Shown in pieces: positions 19,651-31,030 of a stretch of DNA of 64,000 bases. Source of the DNA: an uncultured Gemmatimonadales bacterium (GTDB taxonomy: Bacteria > Gemmatimonadota > Gemmatimonadetes > Gemmatimonadales > GWC2-71-9); the NCBI GenBank assembly GCA_963795085.1, contig CAWCFX010000006.1, positions 256,001 through 320,000 of the forward strand, written 5' to 3'. The position numbers and the translations under genes were made by a program. The notes beneath the pieces were generated by a model, which saw only the letters and a list, made by a program, of their open reading frames with translations, had not been told where the DNA came from and made no database searches. Every line of letters begins with the position of its first letter. Position 1 is the stretch's first letter.

Positions 19651-20091
19651 ATGCGCGTGATCTCGATCTCCACCGCCCTCCTGGCCCTCGGACTTGCGAC
19701 GACGGCGCCGCTGGCCGCGCAGGACCCGGCGGACAGCGCCGCCGTCCGGACCGCGACCGAGGCCGCGGAGGGTTGGCTCCGGCTGCTGGACGCTGGGTTG
19801 TACGAGGAAAGCTGGGATTCGGCCGCCACGGCGTTCCGGGAGGCGGTGACCCGACCTGACTGGGTGACCGCGGTGACCCGGGCCCGGATGCCATTCGAGC
19901 CGTTCCAGTCCCGGACCATCCAATCGGCCCGGTACACGCGTGATCTCCCGAACACGCCGCCGGGAGAGTACGTGATCATCCAGTACGCGGCCACGGTGGC
20001 GGAGGCGCGCACCGTGGTGGAGACCGTAGTACCAATGAAGGACGCCGGTGGCCGGTGGCGCGCCGCGGGATACTTCGTCCGCGCCGAATAG
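19651..20091 (+). CDS. DUF4019 domain secreted protein
   Basis: ATG follows AAAGGA. Signal peptide, then WL.LLDAG.Y.ESW, P.GEYVIIQY, VETV and WR.AGYFVR. Confidence 0.85.
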   Translation: MRVISISTALLALGLATTAPLAAQDPADSAAVRTATEAAEGWLRLLDAGLYEESWDSAATAFREAVTRPDWVTAVTRARMPFEPFQSRTIQSARYTRDLPNTPPGEYVIIQYAATVAEARTVVETVVPMKDAGGRWRAAGYFVRAE

Positions 20092-20094
20092 GGC

Positions 20095-22728
20095 TCAGTC
20101 CACCGGGATCCAGTAGGACACTTTTACCGCGAAGAAGTTGTCGCCCGGGGCTCGGACACTGTCCCACAGGTCGCCCGGGCGGACTCCCTCGGTGAGCCGG
20201 CCATCGGCGGCGCGGTTCTGTTGCCAGACCAGAAACATGGTGCTCCCTGGCCGCCATTCCCACCGCAGCACCATATTGCTCCGGAACGACAGGAAGTTGA
20301 AATTGGGCGCCAGGCTGAACTGGTCCGCCCCGTCGGTGACGGTAAAGGTCCCGTCCGCTGCCTGCACGATCGTGCTGCCGTCGGTGCCGTAGCGGCGCAA
20401 GTCGCTGGTCCGCGGGCGGCTCAGTTCGCCAATCTCCTCGTACTGGCCGCTCGCCGCGAACGGCTCGGCATACATCTCCAGCGTCAGGTCCGGGCTGACC
20501 GAGTAGTTGAGCCGGAACTGGGCCGCCCAGGTGGTCCTGGACACCGCTCCGAAGATGTAGCGGGTGCCGAAAGTCTCGGCCGGGCCATTGGGCCGCTGGG
20601 AGATGTACTGCCGGGAATTCCGGGATTGTACCACGCTGGGATCCACCGACACTTCCCAGCGGCTGCTGGGCCGAAGGGAGAGCCGCCCGTTGAGGCGGCG
20701 GAAGTATCCGCCCAGGTTGTCATCGCCCGCCAGACCCGACACCCGCCACCGGGTATTCGCCGAGAAGCTGCTCTCCAGGGAAGCGTTGACGTTCCACTCG
20801 CCGGCCGTCCGCATCAGGGGACCACCGCGGGTCAGGTTGTCCGAGTCGGCCCCGGGAAACGCCTCGACGCTGACATTGGCGGTCATGAAGTTGTGGAAGG
20901 TGCCCGACAACTCGAGATCCAGGCCCGTGTACTGCCGGATGCCGCCGAAGTTCCATCCCGCGAAGCCGAACAACGCGACGCTGTAGGTACGGAAAAGCGG
21001 GCCGGGCTGGTTCTCCCGGTACCGTATGTTTGCAAACCAGTCGAAGTCATCGGACGTACCCAGTCGTCCAGCATCGTTGATTTCCCACGCGGGGGATTCG
21101 GCGGAGCCCTGCAGACTGTAGGTCCAGTGCCGCCCGCTGTTCTTGGCAAAGCGGAGCGATCCGAAGAACCCGGTGAGCGACCGGCGGGTGGGATCGTACG
21201 TGACATGGTCCTGGTCGGGCCGCTGGAAATAGTGACTCTGGTTCCGCTGGAGCGCCGCGATCACGGTGGAGTCGCCGCTGACCCGGCTGGCGCCCGCTGA
21301 GCCGGACAGCTCGTAGGCCCCGCCCTGAAAACGCAGATTGAGGTCCAGCCCGCCGGAGAACGCATCGCGAGGCGAGAGACTGGCGAGCACCGACCCCGCC
21401 TCCAGATCGCGGTGTACGGCCGTGACGCTGGCTCCCAGGGTGGAAGCGGAAGCGCCGAACTCCTGCTGGGCCCGGAGCACCGCGTATCCGGCCCGCGGCG
21501 CCACCTGGGTCCGGCCCTCCGATTGGGAAGCGGTGTCGAACACCCGGGCGAACTCCTGGTCGGTGAGCGCCGTCAGGATACCGATCGAGGTTCCCGAGGC
21601 CAGCCGGCCGGTGATCTTGGCCGCCCCCAGGATGGTCGCGGTCGGAGGGCGGTCCACGTAGTGGCCAAAGGCCGGCCCGCGGGGTGATTCCCCGATCCGG
21701 CGGCTGTAGAAATAGGCGGGTCCGTTTCCGCGCAGCAGGTTGGCGCCCTCCGTGAAGAAAGGCCGCCGCTCATCGAAGAAGGTCGGCACCGCGCTCAGGT
21801 TGACTTCCGCCGGGTCGGCCTCCACCTGCCCGAAATCAGGGTTGATGGTGGCATCAAGGGTCAGGCTGGGACCCAGGCCCATCTTGAGGTCTCCGCCGAC
21901 GCGCGCCTTGAGGTTGTACCCATTGTCGAAGGGATCGTTGCGATCGCGGTCGCCCCGGATGGTCGTGTTGGCGGCCGAATAGGGGGCCAGTTCGATTCGC
22001 CGGCGGGGGCGCACATCCCGGATGCCCGAGAGCACGCCCATTCGGGATGACCATCCGGTTTCGCTCTTGGGCACCAGGACCCAGTAAAGATCTTCGTCGC
22101 GGGTGGGAATGTACCGGTTGATGTTGAGCCCCCAGACCTGCTCCTCCCCCTCGTTGAAGCGAAGCTGAGAGAATGGAATCCGGATCTCCGCCGTCCAACC
22201 GGTGGAATCCAAACGGGCTTCCGCCTGCCATACCGGGTTGAAGGAGTAGTCCCGGTTGAACTCCGAATCCGAGGGGTGATAGTAGTCGAACCGGACCCCG
22301 GTGGCGGTGACACCGAAGGTGTAGGCGGTCCGCCGGTCCTGGTAGCTGTCGAGAGAAAACAGGATCCGCTCCGAATTGCCGGGGTTATCCCTCCGGCTGA
22401 CGGCGGCCCGGATATCTCCAGCCCCCAGGCTCCGCATCCGGGCCCCGATGTACAACGCATCCTCGCTGAAGAGAAACCCCACTTCGGTCCCGGTTGTCGC
22501 GGGTGCGCCCTCGACCGGGTCTTTCTGAACAAACCCCGTCACCCAGCGAACAGTGGACCAGGCGGCATCGTCCAGCCGGCCATCAACCTCAATAGAATGC
22601 TCCCCCAGGGCCCGGGCCTGGGCCTGCGAAGGAGCGGATCCGTTGCTACCAGGGACCGCCTGGCTCCAGGCCGGAGCGGGAGCGACCGCGGCAACCAGGC
22701 CGAGGAGGAAAGATGACCGCAGATTCAT
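20095..22728 (-). CDS. CBM9-like / DUF5916 outer-membrane protein
   Basis: Signal peptide, VDGRLDDAAW, GWTAEIRIPFSQLRF, TINPDFGQVEAD, FFDERRPFFTEG and C-terminal VKVSYW. Confidence 0.85.
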   Translation of the reverse strand: MNLRSSFLLGLVAAVAPAPAWSQAVPGSNGSAPSQAQARALGEHSIEVDGRLDDAAWSTVRWVTGFVQKDPVEGAPATTGTEVGFLFSEDALYIGARMRSLGAGDIRAAVSRRDNPGNSERILFSLDSYQDRRTAYTFGVTATGVRFDYYHPSDSEFNRDYSFNPVWQAEARLDSTGWTAEIRIPFSQLRFNEGEEQVWGLNINRYIPTRDEDLYWVLVPKSETGWSSRMGVLSGIRDVRPRRRIELAPYSAANTTIRGDRDRNDPFDNGYNLKARVGGDLKMGLGPSLTLDATINPDFGQVEADPAEVNLSAVPTFFDERRPFFTEGANLLRGNGPAYFYSRRIGESPRGPAFGHYVDRPPTATILGAAKITGRLASGTSIGILTALTDQEFARVFDTASQSEGRTQVAPRAGYAVLRAQQEFGASASTLGASVTAVHRDLEAGSVLASLSPRDAFSGGLDLNLRFQGGAYELSGSAGASRVSGDSTVIAALQRNQSHYFQRPDQDHVTYDPTRRSLTGFFGSLRFAKNSGRHWTYSLQGSAESPAWEINDAGRLGTSDDFDWFANIRYRENQPGPLFRTYSVALFGFAGWNFGGIRQYTGLDLELSGTFHNFMTANVSVEAFPGADSDNLTRGGPLMRTAGEWNVNASLESSFSANTRWRVSGLAGDDNLGGYFRRLNGRLSLRPSSRWEVSVDPSVVQSRNSRQYISQRPNGPAETFGTRYIFGAVSRTTWAAQFRLNYSVSPDLTLEMYAEPFAASGQYEEIGELSRPRTSDLRRYGTDGSTIVQAADGTFTVTDGADQFSLAPNFNFLSFRSNMVLRWEWRPGSTMFLVWQQNRAADGRLTEGVRPGDLWDSVRAPGDNFFAVKVSYWIPVD

Positions 22729-23030
22729 GACCGTTCCGAAAAGGTTCAGGCGGCGCGGGAAGTAACCATGCTTGGATGGCCCTGCCGCGCCGAACGTTGG
22801 AAAAGGGTCTGGTGGTCATACGCATGAGCGTCCATGGGGTTTCGGAATGGCACAAAAACGGGCACGATGACCAGCAAAGCGAGAGATCGTGGTTACAGGG
22901 AGCGGTGTATCGGCTGCGCCCGATGGTAGGGATCGGTCCGGTGGCGGGTGGATCCTGTCCCGGGCGACCGGCTATGCAGACCGCTTCGCGGAAACCCCGG
23001 GGCGGGGCGGGAACCAGGTTGCCAGCCGAG

Positions 23031-24644
23031 TTACGGACCGGCATTTCCGGCTTCGCCTTCGAGCCGGAGCAGTTCCTCATAGGCGGGCAGGGTAAGGAAC
23101 TCCGTAAACTCATCTGCCGTCACCAGTTGCTCAAATATGCGCTCGGCCAGCGGAAACTGCCCGGCGCTGAAGCGCGCATCACCCAGCAGTTCGTGGATCC
23201 GGCTGCGTTCCTCCGCGACCAGCGACCGGTACATCTCCGGCGTCAGAGTCCGTCCATCGGCCAGCAGGGCGCCGTGCCGGACCCACTGCCAGAGCTGGCT
23301 CCGGCTGATCTCCGCCGTGGCCGCATCCTCCATCAGGTTGAAGATGGGCACGCACCCCAGCCCGTTCAGCCAGGCCTCGAGATACAGCAGGCCGATCGTG
23401 ATGTTCTGGCGCACGCCGGCCTCGCTGATCGTGCCCTCGGGCACTGCGAGCAGATCGGCCGCCGTCACGGTGACATCGTCCCGCGGGCGGCTGACCTGGT
23501 TGGCGGCGGGCATGCCCCGGTCGAAGACCTCCCGCGCCAGCCCTACCAGCCCCGGATGGGCGACCCAGGTCCCGTCATGGCCGTCTCCCACCTCACGTTC
23601 CTTGTCCTGCCGCACCTTGGCGAGCGCCGCGCGGTTGGCCGCCTCGTCGTTCTTGATGGGGATCTGCGCCGCCATTCCGCCCATGGCGTGAGCGCCGCGA
23701 CGATGGCACGTCTTGACGACCAGACGGGTATAGGAATGAAGGAAATGGCGGTCCATGCCCACAGTGGCGCGGTCGGGCAGCACGAACCCAGGATGGTGCC
23801 GGAGCTTCTTGATGAAGCTGAAGATGTAGTCCCAGCGGCCGCAGTTGAGACCCACGATATGGTTCCGCAACTCGTAGAGGATCTCATCCATCTCGAAGGC
23901 GGCCAGGATGGTTTCAATCAGGACCGTGGCCTTGATGGTGCCCACCGGGAGGCCCAGGGCCTCCTGGGCGGCGAGGAAGACGTCGTTCCAGAGCCGGGCC
24001 TCGAGATGACTCTCCAGTTTTGGCAGGTAGAAATACGGCCCGCTGCCCTGGGCCAGGAGGGGCCGGGCGTTATGAAAGAAATAGAGTCCGAAATCGAACA
24101 GGCTGCCCGACATCGGCGCGCCGTCCACCGTGAGGTGGCACTCGTCGAGGTGCCAGCCGCGGGGCCGGGCCATCAGGGTGGCGACCCGGGGATTCAGCTG
24201 GTACCGTTTGCCCTCGGGCGTGGTCAACTCGATGTCGCGCCGCACCGCATCCCGGAGGTTGATCTGGCCCTCGAGCAGGTTGGTCCAGGTCGGCGCGGTC
24301 GCATCTTCGAAGTCGGCCATGAACACGCTGGCACCCGAGTTGAGCGCATTGATGACCATCTTGCGGTCGGTGGGCCCGGTGATCTCGACCCTTCGGTCGG
24401 CCAGGTCCGCGGGGGTGCCGGCGATGCGCCAGTCACTTTCCCGGACCTGCCGCGTCTCCTCCAGGAAGTCCGGCAAGGCCCCGGCATCGATGCGGCGCTG
24501 CCGAAACTCCCGGTGCTGCAGCAGGGTGAGCCGGCGCTCGTTGAAGCGCCGATGCAACAGCCCGAGGAATGCCACGGCATCCGGCGAGAGAATTTCGCTG
24601 AACCCGGGCCCCAGGGGGCCCCGGATTTCCACGCTTGATGTCAT
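23031..24644 (-). CDS. aceB: Malate synthase A
   Basis: [44 protein letters not shown] and [14 protein letters not shown]. The likely start is ATG 24644 after GGAG. The track ORF is over-extended. Confidence 0.95.
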   Translation of the reverse strand: MTSSVEIRGPLGPGFSEILSPDAVAFLGLLHRRFNERRLTLLQHREFRQRRIDAGALPDFLEETRQVRESDWRIAGTPADLADRRVEITGPTDRKMVINALNSGASVFMADFEDATAPTWTNLLEGQINLRDAVRRDIELTTPEGKRYQLNPRVATLMARPRGWHLDECHLTVDGAPMSGSLFDFGLYFFHNARPLLAQGSGPYFYLPKLESHLEARLWNDVFLAAQEALGLPVGTIKATVLIETILAAFEMDEILYELRNHIVGLNCGRWDYIFSFIKKLRHHPGFVLPDRATVGMDRHFLHSYTRLVVKTCHRRGAHAMGGMAAQIPIKNDEAANRAALAKVRQDKEREVGDGHDGTWVAHPGLVGLAREVFDRGMPAANQVSRPRDDVTVTAADLLAVPEGTISEAGVRQNITIGLLYLEAWLNGLGCVPIFNLMEDAATAEISRSQLWQWVRHGALLADGRTLTPEMYRSLVAEERSRIHELLGDARFSAGQFPLAERIFEQLVTADEFTEFLTLPAYEELLRLEGEAGNAGP

Positions 24645-24762
24645 AGATGCTCCACACGGAAGACCCGTCTGCATAGTAATAGGCTGGGGGCCAGGGAACA
24701 TCGGCCTCGGCCCGATGCGATTAACTTTCTCCGGTTCCCTTTCCTTCAACCCGACGACGACG

Positions 24763-25278
24763 ATGACCCTGCGCCCGTGCTTTTCCCTCGCCATATTACT
24801 CTCCCTTGCAGCCTGTCTCGGCCTGCCACCCCGTCCCACCTCGGTCAAGCTGTTCGATACCGACAACAAGCTGGTGGGCTTCGTCGATTTGATCGAGATC
24901 AAGGACGGCGTCCGCTTCCGGGTCCACACCATGGGCATGGCGGGTGGGCGGCGGGGTTTTAATGTGCATGCCAGCCCGGCGTGCGAAGCTCCCGGGTTTG
25001 GGTCGGCCGGTTCGCTGCTGGAGACGCCCCGCCAGGGATCGCGGCCCGACAGTGTCATGGCGGGCAACCTCCCCGATATTACCGTCGGGACCACCGCCTG
25101 GGCCGATACCTCGTTCGACTGGCCCCTCCTGCGGCTGGACAGGAGCGAGCGGGGCCTGTTCCGCAACGGCGGCACCGCGCTGGTGATTGCCGAGCAGCCC
25201 GACGACGGTGGCGCCACCCCGGCGGCGGGGGCGCGGCTGGCCTGCGGCATCGTCGTCGAACGTCCCAAGGACCGCTAG
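24763..25278 (+). CDS. Cu/Zn superoxide dismutase-fold lipoprotein with degenerate metal ligands
   Basis: Lipobox LAAC. SodC scaffold GF.VH....C....F.SAG, AG.LP.I, GTALVI...PDD and GARLACG. Confidence 0.75.
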   Translation: MTLRPCFSLAILLSLAACLGLPPRPTSVKLFDTDNKLVGFVDLIEIKDGVRFRVHTMGMAGGRRGFNVHASPACEAPGFGSAGSLLETPRQGSRPDSVMAGNLPDITVGTTAWADTSFDWPLLRLDRSERGLFRNGGTALVIAEQPDDGGATPAAGARLACGIVVERPKDR

Positions 25279-25335
25279 CTTCCATCAGCACCGGCCGGCT
25301 GGACGGGCCTGCAAGTATAGAAGGGCAAGATTCTG

Positions 25336-26343
25336 ATGTTGGTGCCGACGCCATCCGGATTGTTCTGTCCCGAGGGGGACTTCTACGTCGACCCCTGGAA
25401 ACCGGTAGACCGCGCGGTCATCACCCATGCCCACGGCGACCACGTGGCCTGGGGCAGTGCTTCCTATCTGACCGCGTCGCCCGGCGCCCCGCTGCTGGCG
25501 GCACGGCTGCCCCCCGGATCCCCCGTTACCCCACTGCCCTACGGCGAGAGTAGGACGATCAACGGAGTCCGCGTCTCGCTGCATCCCGCGGGGCACATCC
25601 TGGGCTCCGCGCAGGTCAGGCTGGAGCGGGAAGGAGAGGTCTGGGTGGTCAGCGGGGATTACAAGACCGCGCCCGACCGCACCTGTGCCGCCTTCGAACC
25701 GGTCCGCTGCCATACCTTCATCACCGAGTCCACCTTCGGGCTGCCGATCTATCGCTGGTCCCCCGACCCGGAGATCTTTGCCGCGATCAATGCCTGGTGG
25801 CGGTACAACCAGGCCCAGGGAAAGACCAGCGTGATCTTCGGCTATGCCCTCGGCAAGGCGCAGCGGATCCTCTCGGGATTGGACCCGGACCTGGGCCCCA
25901 TCTTTACCCATGGCGCGGTGGAGAGGATGACCGGCTTTTACCGCCAGGCTGGCGTCGCTCTCCCGCCGGCGGTCCCGGTTGGTGAGGCGCCGGCGGGAAC
26001 GGAATGGTCCCGGGCCCTGGTCGTCGCGCCTCCCGCCGCGGGGGGGACCGGGTGGATGCGCCGCTTCGCTCCGTACTCCACGGCCTTCGCATCGGGATGG
26101 ATGCGGGTCCGGGGCGCCCGGCGGCGCCGGGCGGTGGACCGGGGATTTGCCCTCTCGGATCACGCCGACTGGCCCGGCCTCCTGGCTACCATCCGGGCCA
26201 GCGCGGCCCAAACGGTATGGGTGACCCACGGGCACACGGCCATCATGACGCGATGGCTCGCCGCCCAGGGCCTGGACGCCCGGGCCGTGGCGACCCACTG
26301 GGAAGGCGAGCAGGACGACGCGACCGTTGAGGAACCGGCATGA
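25336..26343 (+). CDS. Ligase-associated DNA damage response exonuclease (MBL fold)
   Basis: THAHGDH, AGHILGS, ESTFGLP, YALGKAQR and LSDHADW. First gene of the exonuclease-ligase-helicase-PdeM module. Confidence 0.93.
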   Translation: MLVPTPSGLFCPEGDFYVDPWKPVDRAVITHAHGDHVAWGSASYLTASPGAPLLAARLPPGSPVTPLPYGESRTINGVRVSLHPAGHILGSAQVRLEREGEVWVVSGDYKTAPDRTCAAFEPVRCHTFITESTFGLPIYRWSPDPEIFAAINAWWRYNQAQGKTSVIFGYALGKAQRILSGLDPDLGPIFTHGAVERMTGFYRQAGVALPPAVPVGEAPAGTEWSRALVVAPPAAGGTGWMRRFAPYSTAFASGWMRVRGARRRRAVDRGFALSDHADWPGLLATIRASAAQTVWVTHGHTAIMTRWLAAQGLDARAVATHWEGEQDDATVEEPA

Positions 26344-27941
26344 AAGCTTTTGCCGATCTCTTCACCGCGATCGACGAGACCAATGCCACCGGCGAGAAGG
26401 TCCAGGCAATCGCGGACTATTTCGCCGCGGCACGGCCCGCCGATGCGGCATGGGCGGTCCATTTCCTGGCTGGCCGCCGTCCCAAGCGCCTGGTCGGCGG
26501 CCGGAAACTCTATGAGTGGGCCGCCGAAGGCGCGGGAATTCCACCCTGGCTGTTCGAGGAGTCGTACCACGCGGTAGGCGATCTCGCCGAGACCATTACG
26601 CTGCTCCTGCCGGAGTCAGGACCCGGGGAAGACCATTCGCTGGCCTACTGGGTCGAGGAACGGCTGCTCCCCCTCCGCGGGCAGGACGAGACGGTGCAAC
26701 GGGCCGCCCTGATGAAGAGCTGGCGGGAACTCCCGGGAAACCAGCGATTCGTCTGGAACAAGCTGATTACCGGCGGTTTCCGGGTCGGCGTCTCCCAGAG
26801 ACTGCTGGTGCGGGGACTCAGCCGTGCCAGTGGCGTGGACGAGGCGACGCTGGCCCACCGGCTCATGGGCGCCTGGGATCCCACGCCGGAGTTCTACACC
26901 CGCCTGGTGGCCGCCGAGTCGGCCGACGCCGACCAGAGCCGGCCCTATCCCTTCTGCCTCGCCCTTCCGCTGGAGCAGGACCCCGCCTCCCTCGGCCCCC
27001 TGGAGGAATGGCAGGCCGAGTGGAAGTGGGATGGAATCCGGGCCCAACTCATCCGGCGCGGCGGCCACCACTGGCTCTGGTCCCGCGGCCAGGAGTTGTT
27101 GACTGGCCGCTTCCCGGAGATCGAGGCCGCCAGCACCCGGCTTCCCGAGGGGACCGTACTCGACGGCGAGATCATGCCATGGCGCGACGGCCCCCTCGCG
27201 TTCGGCCTGCTGCAGCGGCGGATCGGACGGAAATCGCTTAGCGCCAGGATCCTGGCCGAGGTTCCAGTGGTACTGGTCTGTTTTGACCTGCTGGAGCTCG
27301 ACGGACGGGACCTCCGGGCGGAACCGCTGGGAGCCCGCCGCACCGCCCTGGATTATCTGCTCAGTGCTCCCGCCCTGCAGCCGGCTTTCACCCCGTCTCG
27401 CCTCATCCACCCAGAAGACTGGGCTACCCTTGGCCGGGAGCGGGAGCACGCCCGCGAACACGGCACGGAGGGCCTCATGCTCAAGCGCCTGGACTCGGCC
27501 TACGGGGTTGGCCGGAAGCGGGGTGATTGGTGGAAATGGAAGACCAGTCCGCTGACGGTGGACGCGGTGCTCATCTATGCCCAGCCCGGCTCCGGGCGCC
27601 GGGCGGGATTGTTCACGGACTACACCTTCGGGGTCTGGCACGAGGGCCACCTGGTACCCTTCGCCAAGGCATACTCGGGCCTGACCGACCAGGAGATCCG
27701 GAAGGTGGACAGTTTCGTCCGTCGCAACACGATAGCCAGATACGGGCCGGTGCGGACCGTCCGGCCGGAACTGGTCTTCGAGCTGGCGTTCGAGCGGATC
27801 CTGCCGTCCGCCCGCCACAAGTCGGGAGTCGCGGTGCGCTTTCCCCGCATGGCCCGCTGGCGCACCGACAAACCGGCCAGCGAGGCCGACACCCTGGGCA
27901 CCCTTCGAAGCATGATGACCGCGCAGAAGGAACCGGCGTGA
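26340..27941 (+). CDS. ATP-dependent DNA ligase
   Basis: Motif [24 protein letters not shown] and AVRFPR. Confidence 0.95.
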   Translation: MKAFADLFTAIDETNATGEKVQAIADYFAAARPADAAWAVHFLAGRRPKRLVGGRKLYEWAAEGAGIPPWLFEESYHAVGDLAETITLLLPESGPGEDHSLAYWVEERLLPLRGQDETVQRAALMKSWRELPGNQRFVWNKLITGGFRVGVSQRLLVRGLSRASGVDEATLAHRLMGAWDPTPEFYTRLVAAESADADQSRPYPFCLALPLEQDPASLGPLEEWQAEWKWDGIRAQLIRRGGHHWLWSRGQELLTGRFPEIEAASTRLPEGTVLDGEIMPWRDGPLAFGLLQRRIGRKSLSARILAEVPVVLVCFDLLELDGRDLRAEPLGARRTALDYLLSAPALQPAFTPSRLIHPEDWATLGREREHAREHGTEGLMLKRLDSAYGVGRKRGDWWKWKTSPLTVDAVLIYAQPGSGRRAGLFTDYTFGVWHEGHLVPFAKAYSGLTDQEIRKVDSFVRRNTIARYGPVRTVRPELVFELAFERILPSARHKSGVAVRFPRMARWRTDKPASEADTLGTLRSMMTAQKEPA

Positions 27942-30368
27942 CAGACCCGGTCGAGGCCTGGTTTCACCAGAAAGGCTGGACCTCGTTCCCGTTCCAGCGG
28001 GAGGTCTGGCGGCGATTCGAAAACGGGGAGAGCGGACTGATCCACGCGGCGACTGGCACGGGGAAAACCTACGCGGCGTGGCTGGCGCCTCTCCGCGAAT
28101 GGATGGGCGCCGCCCAGTTGAAGCCCCCGCAGGGGCCTCCGGGTCGTCTGGATTACCCCGCTTCGGGCCCTGGCCGCCGACACCATGGCCGCCATGGCGG
28201 CGCCCCTGGACGACCTGGCCCTGCCCTGGACGCTGGAAGCACGCACCGGCGACAGCACCGCCGCCACCAGGAAGCGCCAGCGGGACCGGCTCCCCAACGC
28301 ACTGGTGACGACCCCCGAGAGTCTCTCCCTGTTGCTCACCCGGACCGATGCCCGTCAGCACTTTGGTGCGCTGGACCTGGTGGTCGTCGATGAGTGGCAC
28401 GAGCTCATGGCCACCAAGCGGGGGGTACAGGTCGAGCTGGCCCTCGCCCGCCTCCGCCAGTACAGTCCGGCACTCCGGACCTGGGGACTGTCGGCCACGC
28501 TGGGCAACCTGGCCGATGCCCGCGACACGCTGCTGGGCATGGGGAGGCCGGGCGGCCTGGTGCAGGGCCTGATCCCCAAATCCGTACGGATCGACGCGCT
28601 CATTCCCGAATCCATGGACCGGTTTCCGTGGGCCGGACACCTGGGCACGACGATGGTGCCCCAGGCGATAGAGGCCATCGAGGCGGCGGGGACGACGATC
28701 GTGTTCACCAATACCCGGTCCCAGGCCGAGACCTGGTTCCAGGCCATCTTGTTCGAGCGGCCCGACTGGGCGGGCCGTATCGCGCTGCACCACGGCTCGC
28801 TGGATCGCAAGGTGCGTCGCGACGTGGAGACGCTGCTGGCGCGGGGCCGGCTGCGCTGCGTGGTCGCAACCTCGAGCCTGGACCTGGGCGTGGATTTCAC
28901 TCCGGTGGACCGGGTGCTCCAGGTGGGCAGTCCCAAGGGTGTCGCCCGGCTGCTGCAGCGGGCCGGGCGGAGCGGACACCGCCCCGGTGCGGAGAGCCGG
29001 GTGACCTGCGTCCCGACCCAAGCCCTCGAGCTGCTCGAAGTGGCGGCGGCCCGCGACGCGATCGCGGCCAATGCCATCGAGTCGCGCCTGCCGGTGGACC
29101 GGCCGCTCGACGTGCTGGCGCAGCACCTGGTCACGGTCGCAATCGGGGGCGGGTTCCAGGCCCCGGCCATGCTGGAGGAAATCCGGGGCACGCGTGCCTT
29201 CCACCAGTTGAGCGACCCGGAATGGGCGTGGACGCTCGACTTTGTCACGACCGGGGGCCCGGCGCTGCGGGCCTATCCGGAGTTTTCCAGGGTGGTCCGG
29301 GAGGAGGCCTGGTACCGCGTCACCAGCCGCGCCGCCATTCGCCGCCACCGGATGGCCATCGGGACCATCGTCAGCGATGCGGTGCTCACCATCCGGTTCC
29401 TGAGCGGCGGGACGCTGGGCACCATCGAGGAGTCATTCATCTCCCGGATGAAGCCGGGGGAACGGTTCATCTTCGGCGGCAAACCGCTGGAGTTTGTACG
29501 AGTACGCGACATGATCGTGTACGTGCGCCGCGCCCGCCGGGCCACCGGGGCGATCCCCCGCTGGATGGGAAGCCGGATGCCCCTCAGTTCCGAACTGGCG
29601 GACGCTATCCGCGCCAAGCTCGACGAGGCCCGGGCCGGCCGGTACGCCGGCGCCGAGATGGAAGCGATCCGTCCCATCCTGGAGCTGCAGGCCCGACGAT
29701 CCACCATCCCGGCAAGGGACGAGCTCCTGATCGAGCGCACCCGGACCAGGGACGGGCACCATCTGTTCGTCTATCCCTTCGAGGGCCGCCTGGTCCACGA
29801 GGGCCTCGGCGCGCTGCTGGCCTACCGGATCTCCACCCTGATGCCGATTTCATTCACCGTGGCGGCGAATGACTATGGACTGGAGCTTCTCTCTCCCGAT
29901 CCAGCCCCCATCGCCGACGCGCTGGCGGCCGGCCTGCTGAGCCCGGCCAACCTGGTGCATGACATTCCCGCCAGTCTCAACGCCGCCGAAATGGCGCGCC
30001 GCCAGTTCCGGGAGATCGCCCGGGTGGCGGGGCTGGTGTTCACCGGGTATCCCGGGGCCGGAAAAAGCATTCGCCAGCTGCAGGTATCCAGCGGACTCCT
30101 GTTCGACGTGTTCGCCAGGTACGATCCGGGGAACCTGCTGCTGGACCAGGCGGGACGGGAGGTGCTGGAGCGGCAGCTGGAGCGGAGCCGGCTGGGCCGC
30201 ACGCTGGAGCGGCTGTCGCGCTCGAGGGTGGTCCTGATCGATGTCGAGCGGCACACGCCGCTGGCGCTGCCGCTGCTGGTGGACCGCTCGCGGGGACGGG
30301 TGAGCTCGGAGCAGCTGGAGGCGCGGGTCCGCCGGCTGGCCCGGCGGCGGGCCGGGTCCGGCGCGTGA
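27938..30368 (+). pseudogene. Ligase-associated DEXH-box (Lhr-like) helicase, split by a +1 frameshift in this sequence
   Basis: The frame from GTG 27938 carries the Q-motif and [33 protein letters not shown] and QRAGRSGH lie in the next frame, which opens only after TGA at 28119-28121. Confidence 0.88.
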
Positions 30369-31030
30369 CCGACCTGGCGGTGGAAGCCGGCGGCGCTTCC
30401 CTCCGATTGCTGCCGGAGCGAGGCCTGCTGCTCCCGGCGTCGGCGACGCTGATCGTCGCGGACCTGCACTGGGGCAAGGCCGCCGCGTTCCGCGCCGCAT
30501 CGATTCCAGTTCCCCGGGGCACGACCACCGACGATCTCGCCCGCCTGACCGGAATCATCCGGCGCACCGGCCCCCGCAGGCTGGTCGTCCTCGGGGACCT
30601 GCTGCATGCCCGCGCGGGGCGGGCGCCGGCCACCTTGGCGGCCATTCAGGAATGGCGCCACCGCCATCCCGCCCTGCCGATCACGCTGGTGCGAGGCAAT
30701 CACGATCGGCAGGCTGGCGATCCTCCGCCCGCGCTCGATATTGCATGCTGTGATGAGCCCCTGGAAATGGACGGCCTGATGCTCTGCCACCGCCCCGCCG
30801 AACATCCCGCGAGCTACACCCTGGCCGGCCACCTGCACCCCGGCGTAGTCCTGCGCGGACCCGGCCGCCAGCGGGAACGGCTTCCCTGTTTCCGGTTCGG
30901 TCCCCGCGGCGCGGTGCTGCCTGCTTTTGGCAGCTTCACCGGCCTGGCGCCGGTCGCGCCGGGACCGGGGGACCGCCTCTTTGTCATTGCCGGGAGCGAA
31001 GTGATCGAAGTGGAGCCGGCCGATGAGTGA
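30365..31030 (+). CDS. pdeM: Ligase-associated DNA damage response endonuclease PdeM (metallophosphoesterase)
   Basis: ADLHWGK, GDLLH, GNHD, GHLHP and LPAFGSFTG. Conserved position in the module. Confidence 0.92.
   Translation: MTDLAVEAGGASLRLLPERGLLLPASATLIVADLHWGKAAAFRAASIPVPRGTTTDDLARLTGIIRRTGPRRLVVLGDLLHARAGRAPATLAAIQEWRHRHPALPITLVRGNHDRQAGDPPPALDIACCDEPLEMDGLMLCHRPAEHPASYTLAGHLHPGVVLRGPGRQRERLPCFRFGPRGAVLPAFGSFTGLAPVAPGPGDRLFVIAGSEVIEVEPADE

Noticed and set aside
24645..25268. Long N-terminal extension of malate synthase, and of the SodC-like ORF from 24130
   Set aside because: These are mutual read-through artefacts of two divergent genes. Better starts lie at 24644 and 24763.
26616..29348. 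910-aa minus-strand ORF
   Set aside because: It is antisense to the ligase and helicase and has no recognisable domain.
25336..31030. Novel anti-phage system (nuclease, ligase, helicase, phosphoesterase)
   Set aside because: It matches the already described ligase-associated DNA-damage-response four-gene module.
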